From Chlorokybus atmophyticus (lineage: Eukaryota > Plantae > Mesostigma and Chlorokybus algae): a DNA stretch of 64,000 nucleotides. The first letter of the stretch is position 1. Each line of letters begins with the position of its first letter. The position numbers and the translations under genes were made by a program. Of the stretch, positions 22,001-33,673 are shown piece by piece. The stretch covers positions 643,479-707,478 of the forward strand of contig RHPI01000385.1 in the NCBI GenBank assembly GCA_009103225.1. The letters run 5' to 3'. A model generated the notes under the pieces. The model searched no databases. It had not been told where the DNA came from and saw only the letters and a list, made by a program, of their open reading frames with translations.

Positions 22001-23937
22001 GGATGATGAGTTTATTTTTACCACGCAAGCTGTCACGGTTTACATCCAGATGCCTTTCAAATGCCTTTTTGATATGATTTTAAATCATTATTAATTGTAT
22101 ATGGTTCAGAGGAATCATCTTCTTTATATGAAAGTATGTGATGAGTTGCGATTTCGGAGTATGACATATTTGAAACAACTACTTGATAGCAGCGCATACA
22201 GAGTGGGAAAATGTTAAAGAAGCAAAGCTCCTACTGTACATGAGATTGAATATCCAAACAAAAATAACTTATTATCATCGTAACCGATTTCCTATAAACT
22301 TTGCAATGGCCATTGTGGGACCGCTTGGCGCCATCGCAATTTACGATACCGACAAACGGTGTTTGTAGTTGCGCAACGTCAAAATCGAATTGCAAGACAT
22401 GTTAATGACGAAAATTGCGTGATAGATGCGTGACACAAAAATGCGGCATTCACAGAAGGAGCATTGCAATTGTGATTACGTTGAATACGGCATATAGTAT
22501 TCATACACCATGTCTCGCAGGAGCAACTTATAAATGTCTCGTGATGAGTCGACACCGATTGCCTTGGAAGCCACTTGCGCACGACTTTAAATCATTTAGA
22601 AGTCTGCAAACGACGCACCATGGTTCGCTGCGAGCTTCCTCCGTTGCGCAATGTCGTAAAGCTCCGTCTCTCCGTCTCTCGCGGCCTCGCTTGTCGCATG
22701 CGTGTCCCCATGGCCCGCCACGTGCTCAACATGCAAGTCATGGCATGACAGTGGTAGGCCAGTCCCTTACGAAGAAGCGCTGTGCCGTAGGCCTGTCTGG
22801 CCTGTGGTGGCGCCAGCCGGTACCACTGCCCAACGCAGCGTGCGCCGCCGCCCTACTAGTGACCAACGTCACCCAAGTAGGGTCATCGCCGCAGAGCACA
22901 ACAGCAGCCTGTCCAGAAAGTGCGCCTGGGTCCAGCCGAACCCGGCTTTAACACGAGGTTGTCGTCAAACCTCGAACTCAACACAGCTTGAAAAAGCGCA
23001 CAACAGCGCAGACGCCCCGACCGAACCGCGCTTTTGCGCGTGACTCCGGCCCTCCCCTCGCTTGGAAGTCCCCATCGGATGGCTTTCATTGGTTCGCAGG
23101 CCCCCGCAGGCGTGGAGAGGACGGTTGCCGTACGGGGCATGCTGAGTGCGAGAGATCTTATCGGATCGTCCACCACCCTGGACATGGCGTTACCGACGAC
23201 GGCTCCGTTGGCGCACCGTCGCCTTGCGCCGGAGAGCGCTTCAGGCCTAACCTTACTGTTCCGTCGCCGGGTGTCACCCTTTCGGACGCTTGCGCGGCAG
23301 CAAGCACAGTTGCCCCCTGCATTGCATGCACCCATGCACGGAGGCATGCGTGGACGCGGCACGCACCCTTCGTCCTCTAGCATGCATCCAGCCCTGTAGT
23401 TCGCCGCCAGCACCACCGACACGTCATCAGCGACTTTTGCAGACGCCCAGCGTCAGGCCGGCAGCACTCAGTGGTGGCAGCGGCAGTGCATCCGTCTGAC
23501 AGCCGGGACGGGGCTCACGCGGGCAGCGCCTGATCCACACATGCTCGTACCGGCAGCAGCGCGACCGGGTTGTGATAGGCCTGTAGCACTGGCGAGTGCA
23601 GTCTACCGCCATTGACAGGTCGCCCTGGTCAGTGCGAACAGTGATCGGCAATAGAGACAGACGGTTGCTTGCCGACCCTTCTGCATCGGCTTGGGGGCAG
23701 CTTCTAGCGGTAAGGATGCTACTGAGCCCGCTTGCTTGCCCAACACACAGAGCCTGAGAGTTGCTTGTGCACCATGCAAGCATTGTGTTGGCATCACTGC
23801 ACATGCTTCATGCACGTATGGCATGTTGCAATTGTCTACCATTCGCATTTTCCTGGATCTTGAAACAACGTGGTTGTGCAGAGCAGCGGTGCATCATCCT
23901 ACCAATGCAGGCGAAGCACTGTGCCATCCAATCAGCA

Positions 23938-26874
23938 ATGCGGGCGCTGCATCTCTGCCTGCTGGGGTTGGTGCTGGCCGTCATCACGTCCTCGCAGCTC
24001 CAGCTGGCAGCCGCACAGCAGCCACCCAGCAGCGACTTTGCCCGTGCGCTGGACACACTGCGGCCCGGCCACCCGCGCTGTGCGGTCACAACAGACACGC
24101 TACCAGGTACGCAAGGCAGGAACGGTTGGCATCTGTGTGGCCCCGGCCAGTGCCACTTAATACTGTTAGTCGTGGTCATAGGTGCAGCTGAAACTGAGTA
24201 TGATGATTTGGTTGTTGCAGGGATCCAGGCGTACAACAACGCGAAGAACACGATGTGGCCCCTCGTCCTGAGCGCCATGCAAAAGGCCAACGCCACCATC
24301 AAACTGCCGCGCCCTTCCAGGTCAGTGGCAGCAGCAGCAACTTCACTGTCAATGGCAGTGGCTAGTCTCGTGTGCAGGCTCGCTGATATGCGCTTGTCTT
24401 GTGGTTGGCTGCAGCTGCACCGCGCGGTGTTTTGCGGACACCGTGGCGAGCGTGGCGGGAGGCTTCCTTGTGGACCGCGACCCCTTCAAGCTGGCTCGCG
24501 CGCGCAGCGACGTGTTGTACGTGGCCTCCCTGCCTGCGTGGAGCGCGACGTTCCTCAAGGGCGAGGCGTACCTGGACGTGAGCAACTACCTGCTGGCGGT
24601 GTCGTGGGGCTACGACTGGTTGTACGACAGCCTCAGCGCAGCCGACCGCGACGCCCTCTGGAACGCGGTGTCCACCAAGGCCTTCCTCCCCGCCCTCAAC
24701 GCGGCCATGATGCGCGCGGTGGCCGCCCAGGAAACCAACGTGGGGGTGAACGCGATGACGGGCTTCGTGGTGGCGGCGCTGGCGTTTGCGGAGCGCAACA
24801 CCACGCTGTGCGGGCAGATCCTGGCGCTGGCCCTCCCCGCCATTGGAAAGCAGGTCCAGGTGCTCAGTCCCAGCGGCGCCTTCTTCGAGGGACCCTTCTA
24901 CGGCAGCTACATTGGATACAACCTGCCCCTTGCACTCAGCGCCCTCAAGACTGCCCTCAACGGCAACGACTACGGGTGGAGCAACAACCCCGCGCTGATG
25001 GCGTCCGCGTACTTCCGCATCCAATCCCTCAGCCCCACTGTGCAGCCGTTCGCGTTCGCCGACGGGGACTGCCAGGCCCTCTCCATGCAGCTCAGCTTCT
25101 ACGCCGCCGCGCAGACCAGCGACATGTACGTGGTCTCCAACGAGTTCAACCTCAAGCTGACGGGCCTCTTCTTCCGCGTGTTCTGGACAAGACCTGCCTC
25201 TTTCATCAAAGTGCTCCCGCCCAACCCTCTCCCCCTGGACGTGCGCCACGCGGGGTATGAGGTGGAGACGGTGTTCTTGCGCACCGCATGGGACAACCCG
25301 CTCGCCGCGTACCTGGCCGTGAAGGGTGGGTCCAACCCTGGACCCCAGGAAAGCAATCACGCCCACCTCGACCTCGGGTCCTTTGAGTTCGAAAACGACG
25401 GCGCGAGGTGGTTCGTGGACCTGGGATACGACAGCTACACACTCAAAAACTACTTCACGCCAGGACTCAAGTACCGTTACAGGTGAGAGAGCGAGAGAGA
25501 GTGACTCACCCACCGCAACCTTGCAACTGCTGCTGGTGTATGTATGAATGTCCAGCTGATTATGTACTACTACTACGCAGCTACTACCGCACGCGCACGG
25601 AGTCGCACAACACGCTGGCTGTGCGCAGCAACGCGACGCAGTCCCCGATCTTGTGCGGCAACCAGGCGCTGGGCGCGACCGCCACGCTGTCGTCTCCGTT
25701 CTCCTCACTGCTGCGCTCGCACACTATCGTCGACCTCACGCAGGCGTACGCGCACGAGGGCGCGTTGAGCGTGTGTCGCGGCCTGGCGCTGCTCAAGGAC
25801 GTGGCGGCCCCGCAGGCGCGCCTCCTCGTGCAGGACGAGCTGTCTTTCATACGACCCACGGACATCGTGAGCATGTTCCACACGCGCGCCACGTCCGTGA
25901 CCATCTCCGTCACGTCGGATGGCCGCCCCATGGTCCTGCTCCAGCAGGGTCGCTCCCAGCTGCAGGGCGTCATCCTCAGCCCCGACGACGCCTACTTCGA
26001 CGTCTTCGCCACGGACCCGGCCGTCGCGGGCAGGGCGGGCGAGAACCCCAACACGGGCGTCACCAACCTGGTGGTGCGCCTGCCCACCCTGCGCACCGAC
26101 GCCACCATCGCCGTGCGCTGGTCCAACCCGCTCAACGATGCCCCGCCCCCGCCCCCGCCAGTGCCGAGCNNNNNNNNNNNNNNNNNNNNNNNNNNNNNNN
26201 NNNNNNNNNNNNNNNNNNNNNNNNNNNNNNNNNNNNNNNNNNNNNNNNNNNNNNNNNNNNNNNNNNNNNNNNNNNNNNNNNNNNNNNNNNNNNNNNNNNN
26301 NNNNNNNNNNNNNNNNNNNNNNNNNNNNNNNNNNNNNNNNNNNNNNNNNNNNNNNNNNNNNNNNNNNNNNNNNNNNNNNNNNNNNNNNNNNNNNNNNNNN
26401 NNNNNNNNNNNNNNNNNNNNNNNNNNNNNNNNNNNNNNNNNNNNNNNNNNNNNNNNNNNNNNNNNNNNNNNNNNNNNNNNNNNNNNNNNNNNNNNNNNNN
26501 NNNNNNNNNNNNNNNNNNNNNNNNNNNNNNNNNNNNNNNNNNNNCCGCCACCAGTGGCGGGCATGCCGCCGCCCTCGGATGCACCGCACCCTCCCCCTCC
26601 CCCTCCAACGCCAGTGCAGGAAGTGTCACCGCCCGCAGACGCACCACCCTCGGCTGCACCACTCGCTGCGCCGCCACCACTGGACGGCGTGCCACCGCTG
26701 CTGGCGGATGCACCGCCGCCTTTCTGTGTGTGTGTGCCGCCACTGCAGGGAGTGCTGCCCTCGCACTCGGATGCACCCCCGACCTCAGCCGCATTCGCCC
26801 AGAGCCAGGAGATGGCATGGATGGCACGGCTCATCTCTCCAACTGCACTACAGCCGCTTTCAGACTGGCAGTAG
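23938..26874 (+). CDS. Secreted heparinase II/III-family polysaccharide lyase-like protein with Pro-rich C-terminal insert; exons 23938-24106, 24221-24320, 24415-25482, 25581-26874
   Basis: Hydrophobic N-terminus MRALHLCLLGLVLAVITSSQLQLAAA; PGHPR; GAFFEGPFYGSY; KGGSN...NHAHLDLGSFEFENDGARWFVDLGYDSY; YYRTRTESHNTL. The three GT-AG introns join in frame (876 aa, counting 125 N-codons). Confidence 0.85.
26170..26544. other. Assembly gap (375 N) inside a poly-Pro coding stretch
   Basis: Run of N flanked by CCC/CCG-rich sequence. Confidence 1.
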
Positions 26875-27709
26875 AGAGAGAGTGAGTGGGCACAGGCCTT
26901 GTTCCATAGTGTAGAGACATTCTTTTGGCCTCTCGCGCAAGCGAAGAGGCCCATTCTTTCCCCTTGTCGGTGTTGCACTGCTCAGTTAGGCTAGCAGTAG
27001 TGGAGTGCACCACCCGACACAGAGAGTTTGTAGGCTTTGGCCTCCCAAGGCACAAAATCAATTTTTTTGTACGCGTAGGCGCGCTTTCGAGTTTACAGTT
27101 GGTAGCTTCCTGGCCAGGATTACCACCCAAAACCGTCGGTTGAAGCTGAGTGCTGTCGTTCGCTGTCTCTGACAACTCTTGAGTGGGCAATGGTTGTGGT
27201 ATTGTTGCTGCAGGGTGTCAATTGAACCTGTCAATGGTGACAAGCGTGTCATACATGAACAACAAGTTGCTGACGCCTCAACAATCATAGCATATCGCCA
27301 AATCCGCAGCCTCTGCCTACTTGCATGTGTTCGCCACTGGAGAGTGTGGCACAGCGGATTCTATGCTCTACGTCCCACCAGGCTCTGAGTGTAGTTCATA
27401 ACCAAGCAGTAAATGCGAAGCAGTAAATGTCAGCCGAGCAAAACACTGCACTCCAACACTGGCTACAACAGCAATGCCCCATGTGGCAACATGAAAAGGG
27501 CAGCTAGCCGATACCCGTTAATATCTCAACTGTTCTTAAGTCAAACTACACCACCATCGTAGCTAATCTAACCAAAACCATGATCTCCTCCCAGCAGCTT
27601 ATCAGCTGCTGTACAGTTAGGAAAGGAATGGGAACAAGGCACAGACGTTCCAGTAAGCCTTGACAGTATTCTAATTGTTGCAGACACTTATTCTGCTGTG
27701 TGTGTGCGG

Positions 27710-30700
27710 CTACTGATGCTTGTTATTGGATGCAGCGGGCGTGGGCGTGGGTGAGGTGGGCGGTTTCAAGCCTGGGTAGCGCGTGTAGGGCGACAGCGGG
27801 GTCGGGCTCGGGGGCAGGTTCGTCGAGTCTGAGGGGGTCCATTGCCGTTGTTGCTGCGGGGCGGCTGAGCTCTCCACCTTGCCGTTCCCACCCTGCGATG
27901 ACTTTGACGCGGGGGGTGTTCGGGCCGCTTCCACTACCTCGCGCGCCACGTCTTGCGCCTTCTCTGCCACTTTCGCAACCCTGACACACAGACACACAGA
28001 GCATGTTCAGCGCATCCAAACATTGGTCAGCTGCATCAACGGTGCGCCCACTTTGTACTACAACTACTCACTTGGGCTTGGCGGCCTCAACAACCTCCTC
28101 CACGTCCTCCACAACATCCTGCGCGGGCTTCCACTGCCACGGCCACTGCCACCTGCACGCCAGCACACAATATGCTTGTCACCCTGTATGTGACAACACC
28201 CCAGCACAAGCACACCATGCTAAGTTAGTGTAGAGTGGCATACCCGTCCGCCTGAGCAGCTGCCTTCTTGACGGTGCGTGTCGCCTGATCTACTGTATCC
28301 ATCACCGCGTCCTGCGCTTGCTTGACGTCCACCTTCTGCACGACCTCCTGCGCAGCCTCCTGAACCTTGCTTACCACCTGCTTGGCCTTCTTCTGTACGT
28401 CCTTGGGCGCGACTTCCTGTACCTTGCTCACCACCTGCTCACCCTTCTTCTGCATGTCCTTGGGCGAGACCTCCTGCACCTTGCTGACGACCTCCTCGGT
28501 CTTCTTCTGCACGTCCTTGGACGAGACCTCCTGCACCTTGCTAGCGACCTCCTCAGCCTTCTTCTGCATATCCTTGGGCGCAACCTCCTGCACCTTGCTT
28601 GCCACCTCCTCGGCCTTCTTCTGCACATCCTTTGGCACGACCTCCTGCACCTTGCTCACCACCTCCTCAGCCTTCTTCTGCAACTCCTTGGGCGCGGGGG
28701 GAGACGGCGGTGCTTGCTGCTGGCTGGTGACTGAGCTCGCGGGCGTGGGCGTCGGGGATGTGGGCGGCTTCAGGCCAGGGTACCGCGCGTATCTGTGCTT
28801 GCAAATAGAGAGCAAGAGGTAAGCGTGCGCAAATGCATTCTATCGACTTGTGTCATGCTTTGACAGGGGACGCAATAATGACACGCTGGGATGTATGCAC
28901 ATGTCTTACGGTGAGAGTGGTGTTGGGCTGGGGGGCAAGTCTGTTGATGACTTGCGTGTGGGTTGGGCAGTTGTTGTTGATGCGCTGTCCGTCGTGGATG
29001 CCACCGCGCTGGTGCGGCGCTGCCATGGCCACGAGAACCTGCATAGTTCATCCAAGCTATGAGCAACCGCACACAACCCTGCCGCACAAGTCACCATGGC
29101 AATCAGCTATGACGTATCTCACCCAATGCTCTCCTCCTCCTGCTGCTCGGCCTGCTCCGGTTTCTTGCTACTCTCCTGCTGCAGCGCAGCCTGTAACAAT
29201 AGGGTGAGTGCCACATTACACAACTGCGCACTTGCATATGCACGCCGATCCCGATGGGCTTCTTACCTGTACAACAGCTCGACGCTTGGCCTCAGCCTCT
29301 AATAAACGCAAAAGAAACGACACAGGTTGAGTAACTCATGTTACAGAGTGTACAATAGATAACAGCATCTGATCACCACAAGGGGATGTTCACCTTCAGC
29401 CTGCTTCTTGGCCTTGGCCTCAGCTTCCTGCTTCGCCTTGGCTTCAGCCTGCTGCCTTGCCTTGGCCTCAGATTCTTGCTTCGACTTGGCCTCGGCCTCC
29501 TGCTTAGCCTTGGCCTCAGCCGCTGCCTTGGCCTCAGTCTCCTTCCTGGCCTGCTCCTCGTCCTTAGCCTTCTTGGCCTGGGCCTCGGCGTCAATCTTGG
29601 CCTTGGCCTCAGTGTCCTTGCGGCGCTTCTCTTCCTCCTGAGCCTTCACCTGACCGTGAAGATGTTACAAACACGTGTCGTGTAGCTAGCTATTTAATTT
29701 GTAGGTGGCCAACACCTGCCCTTGACCAGCTCACACCAGAAAACCCAACAAACACACCAACACCACACAGGCTCACCTGGCGTGTCATATCAACAGCGGG
29801 TGTCTTCTTCGCCACCACCTGCGGCTTCTTCTCCTCCTCCTCTGGCTCCTCCTCCTCCTCTTCCGGCTCTGCAAGGGCAGCCTCGCGCTCCTGACGGGTC
29901 AACCTGCGGGGAGCAAGAAGCAACCAACGAGCCTCAGCACGCTCAAGGTGTCAGGTACTCAGAGAAACATTTGCACACAATGCTGCAGGACTTACATTCG
30001 GCCCTTGCGTCTGGCGGCGTCGGCGGCATTGGCGAGGCGAGCGGCGGCAGCCTCCTCGCGCTCAAGGCGGTCAGCGCGCTCCTGCGCAGCCTCCACGGCT
30101 TCGCGGGCAGCCGCCGCGGCAGCCTCGAGGCGGCTGGCCTGGTCCTCGGCACTGGCCAGGGCGGTGCGGTAGGCGGCCGCCAGGCGGGCACGCTCGGCAG
30201 CCAGCACGGCGGCCTCCTCCGCGGCCTCCTCGGCAGCCTTGCGCTCGCGCTCCGCCTGCTGTCGCGCCGCGGCGGCCTCGCGCTCAGCCTTGCGCGGGTC
30301 CACAGCGGGCTTCTGCACGGCCTTCGGGGCAGCTTCCTGTGCCTGAGCAAGGGCTTGCTGCGGCTGGGCAGCCTTGATGGACGGCCTGCAGATACCTCAT
30401 GTTGCAGTATGGGTCTCACTCAAGCATTGCACAAGTGCACACACACACACCACCACATGTGCTTACCTGGGCGTTGCCCGTGCAGCTGGAGCGGGAGGCG
30501 CCTCCTCCTCATCGACGTAGAATGTGGCCTCCTGCTTTGGTGCACCGCCACCGAGAAGCCCGCCCAGCAGCGACTTGACTGCAGGCTTTGCAGGCACCGC
30601 CTCTTCCTCATCCTCTTCTTCCTCATCCTCCTCTTCCTTGACCTGTTACACGTGACACTGCAATAGTAACACAACTATTTCCCCGCTAATGACCAAAGTC

Positions 30701-33673
30701 TCCACATTCAACAACTCCATGACACCTACCTTGCGGCCGCCTAGGAGACCGCCAAGGAGTCCTCGGGGGCGTGGAGGCGCGACCTCCTCCTCTTCTTCCT
30801 CCTCCTCTTCCTCCTCCACCCTGCGTCCTCCGCCAAACAGGCCGCCCAGGCCCAGCTTGGGGGCGGGCTTGGGTTGCTCCTGCACTGGAGCGGGTCGTCC
30901 CCCACGCTTGTTGCTGGCGGGCGTGGCAGGGGCAGCGGGCTGCTGGAGCGCACCAAAGATGCCGCCGCGACGCACAGGAGGCTCCTCCTCCTCCTCCTCT
31001 TCCTCCTCCTGTGACTTACATACATGAGCACGCGCTCAAATGGAAGCGGGTGATGACACCACTCAGTGCATGCACACCAACCTGTTTGCGGCCGAAAAGG
31101 CCAAAGAGTGGCCGCCGAGGGGCCTCCTCCTCTTCGTCATCCTCATAATCATCCTCATCCTGCACACGGCGCCCCAGCCCAAAGAACTTTGGCTTGGGCG
31201 CAGGCGGCGGGGGCGCCGCCCCCCTCGCAGGTGCTTTTCCCCGTCCCTTCACAGCGGCCGCAGCCTTGGCTGCCTTCGCCCTGGCTTCAGCCTCTGCCTT
31301 GGCATTAGCGTCGGCAACAGCCTTGGCCTTGGCGCGTGCCTCCGCCTCCGCCTTGGCCTTGGCTTCGGCAATGGCCCTTGCCTTGGCGCGCACCTCGGCC
31401 TCCGCCTTGGCCTTAGCCTCGGCCTCTGCACGGTTCTTAGCCTCGACCTCGGCACGGGCGCGGGCCTGCGCCTCCTCCTGCTCCGCCCTGGCCTCTGCCT
31501 CGGCGTCAGCCTCGGCGTCAGCCTCGGCCTGTCGGCGTGCGAGGAGCTCGCGCCGGGCCTGCGTGAGGCCGCGGTGGGGCTCAATGTCCAGGAGGAGGTC
31601 GGCGAGGGGGCGCAGGGGAGCAGCGGGGTCCGCCACCACCTCCAGGTACTTGTTCTCGGCCAGCTCAGGGGAGGAGAGGACGGTGGACACCACCTGCGCC
31701 ACCTGCACCGCCGCCACGTTGCCGCCGTTGGCCGCGTCCTTGCGCAGAAGACGCAGGTTGGATGACGACGCAAATGAGTCAGACACCTTCTCCGTCGCAC
31801 CGGGACGCACGATCTGAGTAAAGCAAGCAGTCAAGAGGGTGGGTGCGCATGCAGCACTGTGCACCAACGATAGCAATCCTCCATATGCACAATCGAACTC
31901 ACCGTGAACTCGATGCCACTGTCAACAAGCGCGTCCTCTACCTTTGCGTACGCGCTCTTGCCGCCCCCAAACAGGCTGCAGACGCACCGTATCAACAAAA
32001 TTACTACATGCCTGGAGTGGTAACAGTGAGCTGAGCATTTTGAGCAGTCTACTGTTGGTAACTGACTTGAGGAAGCCTCCCTTGGAAGCGCCCTGCATGG
32101 AGATGAGCACAAACTGCTCCACGCCCGCTTCGGCAGCGGCTTCGACGAGGGCGACGGCGTCGGCAGGGTTGGTGGCGCCGGTGCCGAGCACGCAAACCAC
32201 GCGCGAGGCGCCGCCCATGGCGGAGGCTATGGCGCGCTCGTCGGCATAGTCCACGGGCGCCAGCGACAGCGCGTTGAGGCGCGCAGATGGCAGAAGCTCC
32301 AGCTTGCGGATGAGCTCGAAGAACTCCTGCGCGCCTTCCACGTCCTCCACCGCCGCCTGCACACGGAAACCCTCGCCCAACAGCTCGCGCACGATGCGCG
32401 CGCCCACGCGGCTCGTCGCGCCCGTCACAACCACACTGCTGCCGCTAGGGACACCGCCTCCGCCGCCGCCCGCCCCGCCCCCAACCAGCGTGGCAATGGG
32501 ACCGCCACTCCCCTTTGGCGTGCCTGTTGTAACAACATGGCCGCACAAGCAGAATGAGTGAGCAACCCCAACGAACCACCAACAGCCAAGCATGCTTACT
32601 TTTTGAACCGTGCATGCAGGTCGGACTTGAGAGCCATTACAGACAATGCAGTGATAATGACTTCAGTGAGCGATCAACCTGTATTAATTGCTGCGTGAAC
32701 TACTTGCAGCACTACACATATGTGTTATTGACTGACAGCAAGCTGACCACATTAGTGAAATCAACATGCCGCAAGAAGCTTGGAATGACTCCGTTCTTTC
32801 TGTCCTGGGTGCATGTAGTACAGAAACCCAGTTGCCAGCCTCTTCACCAATTCTCTGTGAATCGCGCAAGTCCAAGCAAAAGTGTGTTGCACACACGTCC
32901 TTATATGTGCCGGCATCCCAACAAGCAATCGACTGACTTGCCAGTGGGCATGTGTTGTGCTCTCTAGTCATGCGTGTCTAGCACTCTGCACTGTCGTGAT
33001 CTGTTGTACGTAGGTGGCGAGCATATCATACTTGCAAAGGTCAGCGTGGCCATAATTAGTCTTTCCTCCACTAAACTGCATGGCTTGAGCCATGCATACA
33101 CCAATGTGCACCGCAAGAACCCATCGACCAAACTGTGCACCGCCATTATCATTCACCATGCATGTTCTTGCGGCGGATGAGTGTGTAACCCACTGTTTGT
33201 CTGGGTGGTAGCAGTTCTCCGTTGACCGCATACCAGTCCACGCCCTAAGCACGTGCATGCTTGGGACAACAGGTGTTCCACTCGCAACTCCGCGATGGGG
33301 CATCATGTGGTGCGACCCACTCCTTCAATGCGATGTGGATGGTACTCTATGTGTGTGCTACAATGCATGCGCTGTTTGCTTGGCGTTTCAGTATCCTATC
33401 CATGGTTGATGTTAGCGTGTGTGCAATGCTCTGCGCGGACGTGCATACACCTGTGAGGATGGCGCTGGTAGGACCCAGCGAGCGGCTACGCGTGGAGGAA
33501 GCTGTCAGCGAGCGTGATACGGGTAGAGGCTCTCCCAACAGCGACGGCGCCGCAACCCGCCTGCCCGACAGCTGCGGCCGGCGCCGCTGCCCATTGGCGT
33601 CACGCCCGCTCGCGCAGGGAGCGGACAGCGCCGACGCCGAAGCTACTCTAAGGGACGACGTGGCTGACGCCAT
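27710..33673 (-). CDS. PTAC16: PTAC16/TIC62-family plastid NAD(P)-binding Rossmann protein, 15 exons, 1280 aa by hand splicing, with coiled-coil and acidic repeats and two TIC62/TROL-type FNR-binding motifs
   Basis: Exons 33673-33451, 32523-32067, 31975-31903, 31813-31082, 31008-30730, 30642-30467, 30385-29996, 29903-29777, 29649-29394, 29298-29267, 29190-29123, 29038-28910, 28792-28244, 28152-28072, 27980-27710; all GT-AG, phases consistent. Ser/Ala/Arg transit peptide; VVVTGATSRVGARIVRELL; IVRPG; AENKYLEVVADPAAPLRP; GGLLGG..KQEATFYVDEEE; PLSPY(A/T)RYPGLKPPTSP x2. The symbol indicates closest family, not proven orthology. Confidence 0.85.
28350..28690 (-). repeat. Coding tandem repeat, 57 bp / 19 aa x6 (KDVQKKAEEVASKVQEVAP)
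   Basis: CCTTGGGCG recurs at 28401 and 28458 (period 57); six units visible in the translation. Confidence 0.95.

Noticed and set aside
22700-23700. Overlapping 110-180 aa ORFs on both strands upstream of the lyase
   Set aside because: No domain, consistent splice pattern or codon bias; expected in GC-rich promoter-like DNA.
23761-25708. Long ORFs 23761-25260 (+, 499 aa) and 24362-25708 (-, 448 aa)
   Set aside because: Off-frame and antisense shadows of the GC3-rich lyase exons; the spliced frame explains the conserved motifs.
23938-26874. Bacterial contaminant contig as the source of the lyase
   Set aside because: Three in-phase spliceosomal introns with host-like splice sites and continuity with eukaryotic flanks; the only gap is inside the last exon.
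29722-31817. Plus-strand ORFs rich in Leu/Gly or Ala/Ser (e.g. 29722-30666, 31040-31765, 31194-31817) and 28318-28822
   Set aside because: Antisense readings of the Ala/Glu/Lys repeats of the PTAC16/TIC62 gene.
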